A stretch of 64,000 nt of DNA from Naegleria gruberi (Eukaryota), in assembly GCA_000004985.1 (NCBI GenBank), contig GG738864.1, one strand, 5' to 3'. The notes beneath the pieces were generated by a model. The model worked only from the letters and a program-made list of their open reading frames with translations. It was not told the origin of the DNA and did not search any database. Both the position numbers and the translations under genes were made by a program. Shown here piece after piece: positions 24,687 through 34,111 of this stretch; within the stretch, counting starts at the first letter, position 1, and every line of letters begins with the position of its first letter.

Positions 24687-26729
24687 ATGAGTGGTGCTGA
24701 TTTTGTGTTGTCTGCCACTACTACCAATAATAACAATGGTGATGATACTATTCATCAAAAGATACAATTATTTACTCAAGCTATTGGTGAGGTAGACCAA
24801 GAAGGAAAGTCAACAACTAATGCAAGTAGTGCTCGTAGGTGGAGTTTTTCATCAGATTCTTCATCCTCCTCTTCTCATTCGTCAAATTCATCATCGGGTG
24901 CAGATGATACTGCTGATGATGAAGATGAAGAAATAACAATGGTTTGGAATAATGCAACTGACAGTAATGTTGATAATAATATTGAAACTAGTGTTACAAC
25001 TCCTTTGAATAATAAGATTGTTATTATTACGAATGAGGAGGACATTGGAGAGGAAGAAAATACATTATCAGACTCATCAGATATTATTTCGAATACTTAT
25101 AATTCAATAGAACAGAAGGAAGAAGATAAACCAGTCGTACCTTCTTATGAAAAGTTTAGTTTGAAAGAACAGTTGAAACTCAAGCTTCCTTCTTCAATAC
25201 TTCATCTCACTTCTCCTAATAACACAACTAGTAATAATAACAGTTCAACACAATTTACAACAACAACACTAACAGACAATAGTTCAAAATCAAGCTCTCC
25301 ACAAACACCAACCGAGAAACCAACAACAAATGGTGATGAATCACTGCAAATCATGGAATTAAATATTGAAAGTCCAAATGAAGAGTTAGACGATACATCG
25401 AGGAGATTTACATTCAATTCTACCGATATTATCAAGGCAGTTTTTGAAGGAAAACACGATGAGGAAGTTGGAAAACTGTTACAAACAGATGTTTCTGATT
25501 ATTTAACACAACTAGTCAAGAGGAAAAATCAAATTACCAATCCAGTGGTGATGCCGAGTCCCTCTCCTATCAAGAGGATGAACTCTACCTTCCTCACTCC
25601 TTCTACACCTTTAGGGATGACAAAGTCTGGCTCATCTAGTGATATATCCAGTCCTTGTTCATCACCAAATTTGGACAAATTGAATACAATTATTGAAAAG
25701 AAAAAACTTTCCAGGTCTAATACTACTGTTCACAATTATACACTCTCCCCAGAATTAAAGCAGAGAAGAAAAATTACAGCAATTGGATCCGGAATGATTC
25801 CAAATGATTTTAATATGGTACAATCTCCATTGAGTGATTATGGAATTGATTTTTCACAATCTGATAGCAAAATAACTGCTTCCAAAAGGTCGATGAGCAT
25901 TGGGCCAAATCTTCAATCCTACTATTCTTCATCTACAAATGCAATGAAGAGTGATCCTAACTCTGTTTCAACAGACGATATTTACAGAGTTACAATTCTA
26001 GGATCTGTTGGTGTTGGAAAATCATCATTAATTAACAAATTTATTAAGGGAACATTCTCCAATGAGTATAATTCTACAGTTTTCGAGGATATTTATCACA
26101 AGCCACTCATGTTTTTGAAATATCAGGAAATTAAGCTTTTGGAAATATTGGACACAAGTGCCCTACACATCAAACATTACAAAAATAAGGCAAATCAAGA
26201 GGATGAATCACCATCCATGGAGATACCTTCAAGTTTTCTTAGTGATTATATTATTAACTGTGATGCATACATACTAGTGTACAGTGTGGATGACATTCAA
26301 AGTTATAAATATTGTAAGGATATTTACAAATCAATTGTCGGTCAGAAAAAGATGGCTGGTCTTAAAAGAACTAGATCAAACTTGAGAGCTAGTGGAAACA
26401 GTCTCATAGCAACGCCAAGAACAGTTGCTCGATCTGATGTTCCTCTTGTCCTTGTTGGAAACAAGTCAGATGTTGGAATTGAGGAAAAATTTATTGATTC
26501 AAAAGTAGTTTGGGAAGATGTACATACAGAGCTAGCATTTGGTTCAAATTGTTCTTTTGTGGAAACTAGCGCCAAGAAGGAAGATGTTGATTGTATTTTC
26601 CAAGCACTTGTAAATAGAATTTGTTTGAGGGAAGAACCAAAGACTTCTTCCAAAATACAAATATCCTCTTCACTTCCAACCAAAAAGACAGGTCAACACG
26701 ATTCAAATAAAAAGTGTGTCATTCTGTAG
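24687..26729 (+). CDS. Ras-family small GTPase with a long Ser/Thr-rich N-terminal extension and a C-terminal CAAX box
   Basis: The ATG at 24687 is in a good context. The C-terminal GTPase domain has G1 GSVGVGKSS, G4 GNKSD and G5 ETSAKK, and ends KKCVIL (a CaaL-type prenylation motif) before TAG. The gene is intronless. Confidence 0.7.
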   Translation: MSGADFVLSATTTNNNNGDDTIHQKIQLFTQAIGEVDQEGKSTTNASSARRWSFSSDSSSSSSHSSNSSSGADDTADDEDEEITMVWNNATDSNVDNNIETSVTTPLNNKIVIITNEEDIGEEENTLSDSSDIISNTYNSIEQKEEDKPVVPSYEKFSLKEQLKLKLPSSILHLTSPNNTTSNNNSSTQFTTTTLTDNSSKSSSPQTPTEKPTTNGDESLQIMELNIESPNEELDDTSRRFTFNSTDIIKAVFEGKHDEEVGKLLQTDVSDYLTQLVKRKNQITNPVVMPSPSPIKRMNSTFLTPSTPLGMTKSGSSSDISSPCSSPNLDKLNTIIEKKKLSRSNTTVHNYTLSPELKQRRKITAIGSGMIPNDFNMVQSPLSDYGIDFSQSDSKITASKRSMSIGPNLQSYYSSSTNAMKSDPNSVSTDDIYRVTILGSVGVGKSSLINKFIKGTFSNEYNSTVFEDIYHKPLMFLKYQEIKLLEILDTSALHIKHYKNKANQEDESPSMEIPSSFLSDYIINCDAYILVYSVDDIQSYKYCKDIYKSIVGQKKMAGLKRTRSNLRASGNSLIATPRTVARSDVPLVLVGNKSDVGIEEKFIDSKVVWEDVHTELAFGSNCSFVETSAKKEDVDCIFQALVNRICLREEPKTSSKIQISSSLPTKKTGQHDSNKKCVIL

Positions 26730-27014
26730 AGTCAAATAGCAACAATCAAATTATTATTATTATTTGATTTCTTATTTATTGATTTAATCCATGTCATTCA
26801 AAATGCCCAAATTCTTCATTACAAACTCCTATTCGTTATTTAATATCCAGTTTTGACTCATTCCATTAATACACTTTGCCCCTTCCTCACCAATCATATT
26901 ATTGGAAATATTGAGAATGGTCAACTGTTTCATACCACTAATTGATTTAGCTCCTGCTTCACCAACAAAGTTGTATTTGACAACAAGACTTTTTAAATTA
27001 GACATTCCACTAAT

Positions 27015-28142
27015 TTAGGCTGCCCCCTCCGGTCCAATATTATTGCTGGAAATATCTAGTATTACCAAGTTGGGCAATCTACTTATTGCTCTAGCACCTT
27101 CCACACCAAAATGATTATAAGAAATATCTAGTTCAGTCAATTGTGTCATTTCACCAATGTAATTAGCTCCTGTTGCATTCATCTTTGTTGCACTAACATT
27201 CAAAATCTTTAAATTCTTCAATTTCTTAATGAATCTAGCACCCTCAGATTCTATTATATTTGATTGAACATCGAGGAGAGTGAGATTTCTTAGTTGAGAT
27301 ATAAATTTAATTCCTCCCAATTCAACAATATTGAAGGTAGCTCTCAATTCTATTAAATTCTTCATTTCTCCCAAATATTTAGCTCCTTCTGGATTAATTT
27401 CATTCCGACTCACATCTAAACTTGTCAAATTCACTAATCCACTAGAAAGAAGTCTCATGCCCTCTGGACCGTTATAATATCCACTAATCTTTAAGTATTT
27501 TAAATTATTCATCCTTGCAATAGCTTCAAACCCTTCCAAATCAATCATATTCCAGCAAATAACAAGTGAAGTCAACTGTTTCATCTTGCTAATTGAAATA
27601 GCTCCGTTAGGTCCTATGTTATTCAAAGGTATTTGCAATGTTTTCAAATTCTTCATTTTACTAATATATTTGGCTCCTTTACGCCCAACAGAATTTTTCC
27701 CAATATCCAAATAGGTCAATTCTTTCAGTTTGCTGATTAGTTTTGCCTCCTTTTCTTTTAATCCATTTTCATTAATCGAAAGACAAGTTAAATTTTTCAT
27801 TAATGACAAAACTGTTAAAAATTGTTTGTCTCTAATAAGATTCGCATAATTGACCTTAACATTTCGAATAGAGTTAAGCACTTGACTATTTCTCAAGTGT
27901 TGAACTCTTTCCTCTTGAATAATTTGATGAAAATCCAAACAAAGTTTAGAATATTGGTTGATCAAGAAGTAGGTCCATTGTTTGGAAATTAAAGGACAAT
28001 ATTTTAAAATTTCCCAACCTGTTAGAAAGCTCATAATTTCATGTATAATATCATCAGGAAGGAAATTATCTGAAAAGTTTCTAATAGAAACCTCGTGTGG
28101 TGTCGTTAATTTGGAGTTTCGCATTTTTTTTATTGTAAACAT
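27015..28142 (-). CDS. F-box / LRR (ribonuclease-inhibitor type) protein ending at an in-frame TAA inside the repeat array
   Basis: The first ATG is at 28142..28140, and the track start at 28157 is a GTG. An F-box motif (LPDDIIHEIMSFLTGWEILKYCPLISKQW) is followed by about 12 LRR_RI repeats. The TAA at 27017..27015 falls mid-repeat (IGPEGAA*). The same frame then continues with two more LRR units (ISGMSNLKSL...GAKSISGMKQLTILNISNN...) down to a TAG at 26829. Confidence 0.6.
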   Translation of the reverse strand: MFTIKKMRNSKLTTPHEVSIRNFSDNFLPDDIIHEIMSFLTGWEILKYCPLISKQWTYFLINQYSKLCLDFHQIIQEERVQHLRNSQVLNSIRNVKVNYANLIRDKQFLTVLSLMKNLTCLSINENGLKEKEAKLISKLKELTYLDIGKNSVGRKGAKYISKMKNLKTLQIPLNNIGPNGAISISKMKQLTSLVICWNMIDLEGFEAIARMNNLKYLKISGYYNGPEGMRLLSSGLVNLTSLDVSRNEINPEGAKYLGEMKNLIELRATFNIVELGGIKFISQLRNLTLLDVQSNIIESEGARFIKKLKNLKILNVSATKMNATGANYIGEMTQLTELDISYNHFGVEGARAISRLPNLVILDISSNNIGPEGAA

Positions 28143-28268
28143 TTCAATATGGAACACTCTTGGAACTTTTTCGAATAGTATGTCAAGTTGTATCCACTGA
28201 TTAATTGTAAACTATTCCACAACCTCTTAAATTTCCCTTAATTATGAAACAAAACTTTACAAAAAAAA

Positions 28269-29314
28269 ATGAGTCAAAATGATCAAGGTTCACCACTATC
28301 ATCAAATTTTGTATTTTCGGAACAGCGCTGTGATGATGAAGAAAATTCCTTCCCTTTGGAAACAGCGATATTAAAAATGAACATCATGATGATAACGGTA
28401 TTAATTTTAGAGATCAATTTCCTGATGAAATGTGTTATGAAGTATTGTCCTTCCTTTCGCATAGATTTATTTTGAGGACGTGTACGCTGATTTCGTCTCA
28501 GTGGTATAATGTTATTAAGGAACGTTGTTTGTTTTCGACTATGTTCAATTCACCCGTTACTAAAGAAAGAGCTCAATTGATGATTAATAGCCCCTTTCTG
28601 GAACGAATAATCTCTGTAAGTTGTACACAAGCAGCAACTACATGTAAACAATATTGGAAAGCCATTGGAATGATGAAACGATTGACTTATATTAACACAG
28701 TTAGTAACCAAATAACCTCGAATGTACTGTACATTATTAAGAATATTACAAAATTGAAATCGCTCCAGACATTATATATTGGATTTAATCCATTAGGAGA
28801 CGAGGGAGTTAAATTATTGGGTGGAATACCCAGTTTAACAAGTCTTAGTATTTGTGCAACCTCCTCAACTTTTGAATCAATGGGAGCTATTAGTCAATTG
28901 AAGAATCTCAATTATCTTGATGTTGCTTATTGTGACATTGGCGTGGAAGGGTCTAAAATAATTAGTGGAATGACCCATTTAACTGAACTTGATATTTCTC
29001 AGTCAAATATTGGGTCGGACGGAGTTAAATATATTTCTCAAATGTCAAATTTGAAAAATTTATTTATACCTGCAAATGAAATATTGGACGAAGGGGCTTT
29101 ATTTATTAGTAGTGGATTGAAAAATCTCACATTTCTCGAAATCAGTTGTAATGCACTGACGGATATAGGAATCTCAAGTATAGCTAAAATGAATCAATTG
29201 GAAGGTTTAGCCATCAACAAGAATAACATTGGTGAGGAAGGTAGAAAAGCTCTCACTCAAATGAAGGCATCCAGAACTAAATTTTATTTAGAATGTGATG
29301 ATTTGGTCCAATGA
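28269..29314 (+). CDS. F-box / LRR (RI-type) protein, apparently frameshifted between ORF 28269.. and ORF 28430..
   Basis: ORF 28430..29314 starts one residue into an F-box (FPDE|MCYEVLSFLSHRFILRTCTLISSQWYNV) and carries LRR_RI repeats. The upstream ORF 28269..28475 (MSQNDQGSPL...) overlaps it in another frame. One extra A in the A5 run at 28373-28377 would fuse them into a single protein. The two genes sit head-to-head about 130 bp apart, and the partner is the F-box/LRR gene at 27015..28142. Confidence 0.5.
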
Positions 29315-29396
29315 AGGTTTGAGTCCTCGCAACCAAAGACATTTAGATTATTAAAGGTGTCATCAAGTTTTAGTCAAACTGTTGCTGTAGCATGAT

Positions 29397-30902
29397 TTAT
29401 TTTTCTTTTGAAAATTTGAATCTATTTCCAAGGGCTAGTTGGAACAATGAGGAAGATAGAGAAATACCCTTCTTCAAACCAATTGCTTGATTCGAAGATC
29501 CTCCAACAGTTACAGACAAATCAGAGGCACTGTGTACATCTGGAATGTTCACTTTTTGTTTAGCATTCAGTTCTGGAGCTGAATTGCCACATACTCTTGC
29601 CTTAATGTTTGTCTTCCTAGAAAATATTGACCTCTTATTATTGCTGGCGTCGGATGTTGTGGTTTTAGATCTCTTTCTCGTTAAAAAGGCCTTATGTTCT
29701 GAGGAGGCCAGAGATTCTTCCTCTCCTTCTGAACAATCTGTGATATCACTTTCTGTATCACTACTCGTTTCATTGTTTCTATAGTAAAATAATGAGTCTG
29801 TGCTGCTGCATAGAGACTCACTTCGTGGTGTGGATGTTGAGGTTGGAGTTCCAGATTTGACTTTTCTTGGTGTTGTTACGAAACCAAAGTCAGTTCCTTC
29901 TTGTTGCAAGTTATAGATGCAATTCCAGGAATCAGTGAGCATGAGAACCTTTTTGAATACCTTATCAACGTGGTATCGTTGTTTGGCACTAACTTCAATA
30001 TAGGAGGAGAGATTGTGTTTCAATTTCATTTCTCTCATTGCTTGTCTGACTTGTTTCTTTGAAACAACCCTTGAACACATCATATCAATCTTATTGGCAA
30101 TTATTATTATTGGGAAATGTTCAATTTTGGATAATTGAAACTTTTTCTCTTGGACTTCTGCAACAAGTTGCTTCATTTTCTCAAAACTCGATTCGTTGGT
30201 AACGTCAAATACAAACACAAAAACTAAACTTTCTCTGATATAAGAGTCTTTCAAGTCTGCGTATTGATCTGAACCAGAAGTGTCTGTTATGTATAATTCG
30301 AAAGTTTCCAACTCTGTCTTTCTCACAATTTTGCTGTAAGATTCTTGAATGGTTGGATCATGGAAATTAGGGAAGGATTTTTGAACATATTGGGAAATGA
30401 TTGAGGTCTTGCCACATGCTTCATCTCCAACTAGGCACATTCTGACCTTTCTATTGTAATGTATCGAATAGTTATTCGATACATAATCGTCTTCTTCGTC
30501 CATTGTAGTGGACACTGTATCAAGAAAATCGCTTTGCATGGTGGCAACATCAAGTGATTGACTATGCAATCTATCAAAATGTTGTTTACATGGTGTTCTT
30601 GGAGTGATATCAGATTCACTCTTTGTAGCAGATGAAAGATTTGAAACAGTTCTCTTCAAAACTTGATCTGTTATAACATTAGACCTTTGAGTCAATCCAT
30701 CAGAGTTGGTAATAAAGCATGATCTCAATGAATATGGAGAACAATTACAAAAGATTGAATTATCATCTACAAAGAGTGTGTCCATCCCACTGCAATAACT
30801 TATCGAGCCACTCAATCCACACAAATCACTACTCGATGAATAAGTGGTCGTCATCCCAAAATTGACACAATTACTACTACTTGTCTTTTTATAAGCTGAC
30901 AT
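29397..30902 (-). CDS. Ras-like small GTPase with N- and C-terminal Ser-rich extensions
   Basis: ATG at 30902. The central GTPase domain has G1 GDEACGKTS, effector TIQESY, DTSGSDQY, G4 ANKID and G5 SAK. There is no CAAX, and the gene is intronless. Confidence 0.7.
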   Translation of the reverse strand: MSAYKKTSSSNCVNFGMTTTYSSSSDLCGLSGSISYCSGMDTLFVDDNSIFCNCSPYSLRSCFITNSDGLTQRSNVITDQVLKRTVSNLSSATKSESDITPRTPCKQHFDRLHSQSLDVATMQSDFLDTVSTTMDEEDDYVSNNYSIHYNRKVRMCLVGDEACGKTSIISQYVQKSFPNFHDPTIQESYSKIVRKTELETFELYITDTSGSDQYADLKDSYIRESLVFVFVFDVTNESSFEKMKQLVAEVQEKKFQLSKIEHFPIIIIANKIDMMCSRVVSKKQVRQAMREMKLKHNLSSYIEVSAKQRYHVDKVFKKVLMLTDSWNCIYNLQQEGTDFGFVTTPRKVKSGTPTSTSTPRSESLCSSTDSLFYYRNNETSSDTESDITDCSEGEEESLASSEHKAFLTRKRSKTTTSDASNNKRSIFSRKTNIKARVCGNSAPELNAKQKVNIPDVHSASDLSVTVGGSSNQAIGLKKGISLSSSLFQLALGNRFKFSKEK

Positions 30903-31846
30903 TCTTGTTAATTCTACTATTACTACTACTCTATTATCATATCCAAAAGGAAACCTTGCAATTTATTGGCTTGAAAGAGTTCTTTGCGCGAAAAATTAGA
31001 GAAGCCTTTGTGCGTTACAAGCTTATTGTTGTTCTGTTTTTTTTTGAGCGGTTCGTTGGGATACAAAGGTTTTTTGACTCGCAACGCACGAGCTTGTGGT
31101 TCAACTCACACACACGTGAGAGAAAAAGGCTTTTTGATTATCGGTGGAGTTCATCACTGCAAACACATGCAAAAGTTTCAAATGTCGTATTTATAGCATG
31201 CAAGTTTACGCAAGTGGTAAGGAACTTTATCTTCACTTTCCGAAATGAACATATACTTGTCAGAAATCTAAAATTCGCCAAAATACTGGATTGGTAGCTT
31301 CCTTCTTCAAGATAATAGTTGCATTTTGATAGCGCGGGAATGATTTACAATATCAATGAATTTGTCTTTATGGGGAAATTTTTTTTTGACTCGTTTCATG
31401 ATTTTCACTGATTTACAATCAACCAGAGGATTTCGGTATTTATTGACTTTAATTTTGCTTTATTTGAAGAAATTTACTGTGAATGTCAGGTGGTTTTTGC
31501 GATTTTGTTTGGCTGTTTGGGTTGCTGAGTTACATTTTAGAATTCTTCTAACCTATTCGAAAGTAAGAACTATGGCAGGTCAAAGTACTTTAAAGGAGTG
31601 ACCCATACCAAATAATATTAGTAATGTGTTTGTAGTAATTCATTAGTTTTTTTCTTTCAAAATAAAAAAGTGGGATGATACGTGAATCGAACACGTGACC
31701 GTAGGAGTGTGCAAGGTTCCATGACCTTTTTCAATATACCATTTATCCAAGATGTCGTTCTTTCCAATGCACTCCCGTCAACCAGTACCTTTAATAAAGA
31801 TAGTTTAATATAAGTTTGAGTATGAGAAGGTGAACCAAAAAGGGAA

Positions 31847-32887
31847 ATGTCAATTCCTCTTTTCAAAGATAAAAAAAAAATGTTTAAACTTGCAGTTCTG
31901 CGACCGACACACTTTAAATTGATCATAATTTTCATCATCATTTCCATCTCTTTAGTATTCATCGTTTTCACACTTTACAAAACAAATCGGAAATTACCCA
32001 ATAATGATGAAAAAAAACAAATTTTACATCATGAATGGAAAGATGGATTTTCTTATATTCCCTATCCGATGGGAAATAATCAGATCATTCCACGAATTAT
32101 TCATCAAACCTTTAAAAGTCAAACTAGAAATGAAATGACAAGTGGCATGAGGAATGCAACTTTATCCTTTGCATCCAATTTAAATTTTAAATATATTTAT
32201 TATAACAATGATGCAGTTTTACAATTTTTAATTGACAATTATGGGGAAAATTCTGATGAATTTCACACGTTTAACAATATTATTCCATTTGCATATAAAA
32301 TTGATTTTTGGAGATTGGCACTTTTATATAAAATTGGAGGTTACTATTCAGATGTTGATTCAGTTTTACTAAAAAAGGAATTGAATAGTTTAATTGAAAA
32401 TAATGCAACAATGATTCTACCAGTTGGATATGCCACAGAATTTGTTTGGTTTGGATTTGATTTTGCCTTTATTGGAAGTGTACCTCAACATCCATTATTA
32501 AGAATTGCCATGGACATGATTATTTATAATGTGAAAAATAAGTTCATTCCACAAGTTCCACAACGATTGAATGAAATTTGGTTTTTCAAATATTTCACAA
32601 TTACAGGACCTGTTCTAATGGGAAAAGCATTTAATAGATTTATGAATGAACCTGATGAAGCTCCACATAATATTGTAAAGGGAAGAAGTTTGGGAATTCA
32701 ATTTCTTGGATTTTGTGAAGTGAATGGCAGAAAGTATTTTACCACCATTCCACATCAGAGAAATATCAGGGAATGTAGAGGTGAAACTGTGATACAGTTT
32801 GCCTATGATGAATATTGGGAGGAGAGATGGAAAACAAGTAAGCCATATTGGCGAAATGTTATTGAGGGAAAGATTTTTAATTCTTGA
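31847..32887 (+). CDS. Glycosyltransferase family 32-type (DXD sugar-binding region), type II membrane protein
   Basis: An N-terminal TM anchor (LIIIFIIISISLVFIVFTLY) is followed by IPRIIHQTFK and PFAYKIDFWRLALLYKIGGYYSDVD (the Gly_transf_sug / OCH1-like motif). The stop is TGA. An alternative start ATG lies at 31880. Confidence 0.7.
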   Translation: MSIPLFKDKKKMFKLAVLRPTHFKLIIIFIIISISLVFIVFTLYKTNRKLPNNDEKKQILHHEWKDGFSYIPYPMGNNQIIPRIIHQTFKSQTRNEMTSGMRNATLSFASNLNFKYIYYNNDAVLQFLIDNYGENSDEFHTFNNIIPFAYKIDFWRLALLYKIGGYYSDVDSVLLKKELNSLIENNATMILPVGYATEFVWFGFDFAFIGSVPQHPLLRIAMDMIIYNVKNKFIPQVPQRLNEIWFFKYFTITGPVLMGKAFNRFMNEPDEAPHNIVKGRSLGIQFLGFCEVNGRKYFTTIPHQRNIRECRGETVIQFAYDEYWEERWKTSKPYWRNVIEGKIFNS

Positions 32888-33104
32888 TATTAAATGTTTA
32901 TTTTCAATGTTAATATATTGAAATATTCTAGAAATATGTGGTGATGGTATGCTTTCAAAGATGAGAAAATCTTTCAATTTATTAGTTAATTCACAGATCT
33001 TTAAAAAATGGCACAATATGCATATCTGCAAAACAATTTCACAGAGATTAAAGATTTTATTATTCAACTAGCTGGTAAAACACCATGAGAATTTCTCCAA
33101 TTTA

Positions 33105-33981
33105 TTGAAACTATACGATTTGAATCCGAAAGAATTTATTTGTCATGACGAAAGCAAACTATTCGAGAAATTTGAAATTGATATTAGTCATCATGATGAT
33201 CAACAAAATTATGAAGTTAAAACCATGTTGATGATTTACTTTTTTGGATTGTCAGAATTAGACAAGTATTCTCAACCAAACTTCCAAACAAAGTTTCGTA
33301 ATTTTATTAACAATATAATTCATGACAAATCACTCGCAGGAGAAGTAAATCTATTCGATACTGGAATTGAAACTTTGGAGAAACATCAACAGTTGATACT
33401 TCATTTGTACATTCGTTTGGCAATTGACATTAATAATTCTAAATGTGATTTAGGATTTGGTGGAGTCACTTCAATTCCACCAAGATGTCTTCTACTCACT
33501 CTCTCACAAAGTACTTTTGTGAAAAGAAATAAAAATTCTTGAGTGAAAATTCTGGTCAATTGTGGCAATTTACTGAGAGCGAAAGTTTTCTTTTTACAGA
33601 TATGATCAAATTTTCACATTTTGAATATGAAGCATGTGATCCAGTTGACGATCAAAAGGAACAATACGATCTGTCTGTTGCCAATATTTCACAAATTTCC
33701 ATTGAATGTTTGTATGACAAAATATGAAAATTGTGAAATTTCAAAGGAGATATTGGATGGATTATGTTACATTTCAGAGAAACACATTCCATTTCTTCAT
33801 TCATTGCTTCAATAATTACTTATTAGTGATTATTCAACAAAGAATAGTTGGAAAATATGTTTGGCTAATCAAACACAAGATATTACGAGTCATTGGTGCT
33901 TTATTTTCCAATGATGACCTCTTTATTGGAAAAGTTGACAATCATACACTTTCAATTGATGCAACCCAAAAAGACTGGTAA
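33105..33981 (+). CDS. Probable protein-coding region of unknown function; model unresolved
   Basis: Consecutive ORFs 33105..33542, 33539..33727 and 33724..33981 tile this region in three different frames with no recognised domain. A possible 90-nt intron (GTACTT...CTTTTTACAG, about 33513..33602) would link the first two, but the third junction cannot be explained by GT-AG splicing. This may be another frameshifted gene. Confidence 0.25.
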
Positions 33982-34111
33982 TTACAAAGAGAGTTTTACA
34001 AAAAATTCAAATTGAAATCGACGATGAATCAGAAGGATCACAACAAGAACATGATTCTGCGGATTCTGAAGATTATGAAGATGGAACTGATATATCAGAA
34101 GATGATATTTA

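Noticed and set aside
28354-28366. A 13-nt GTATTA..TTTTAG mini-intron to join the two F-box ORFs.
   Set aside because: It is far below the minimum intron size seen here (39 nt) and gives the wrong phase.
30881-31601. ORFs 30881..31297, 30984..31196 and 31356..31601 in the divergent promoter region between the Ras and GT32 genes.
   Set aside because: They have no recognisable domains, their composition differs from that of the genes, and they overlap in different frames. This is a likely non-coding promoter/UTR region, and no ncRNA signature was found either.
31670-31790. tRNA-like element on the minus strand (a GTTCGATTC T-loop with CACGT stems and a 3' ATCATCCCA end).
   Set aside because: No matching 5' acceptor strand, no D-arm, and no anticodon arm could be placed. 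The apparent T-arm is produced by two CACGTG palindromes. I treat it as a promoter motif instead.
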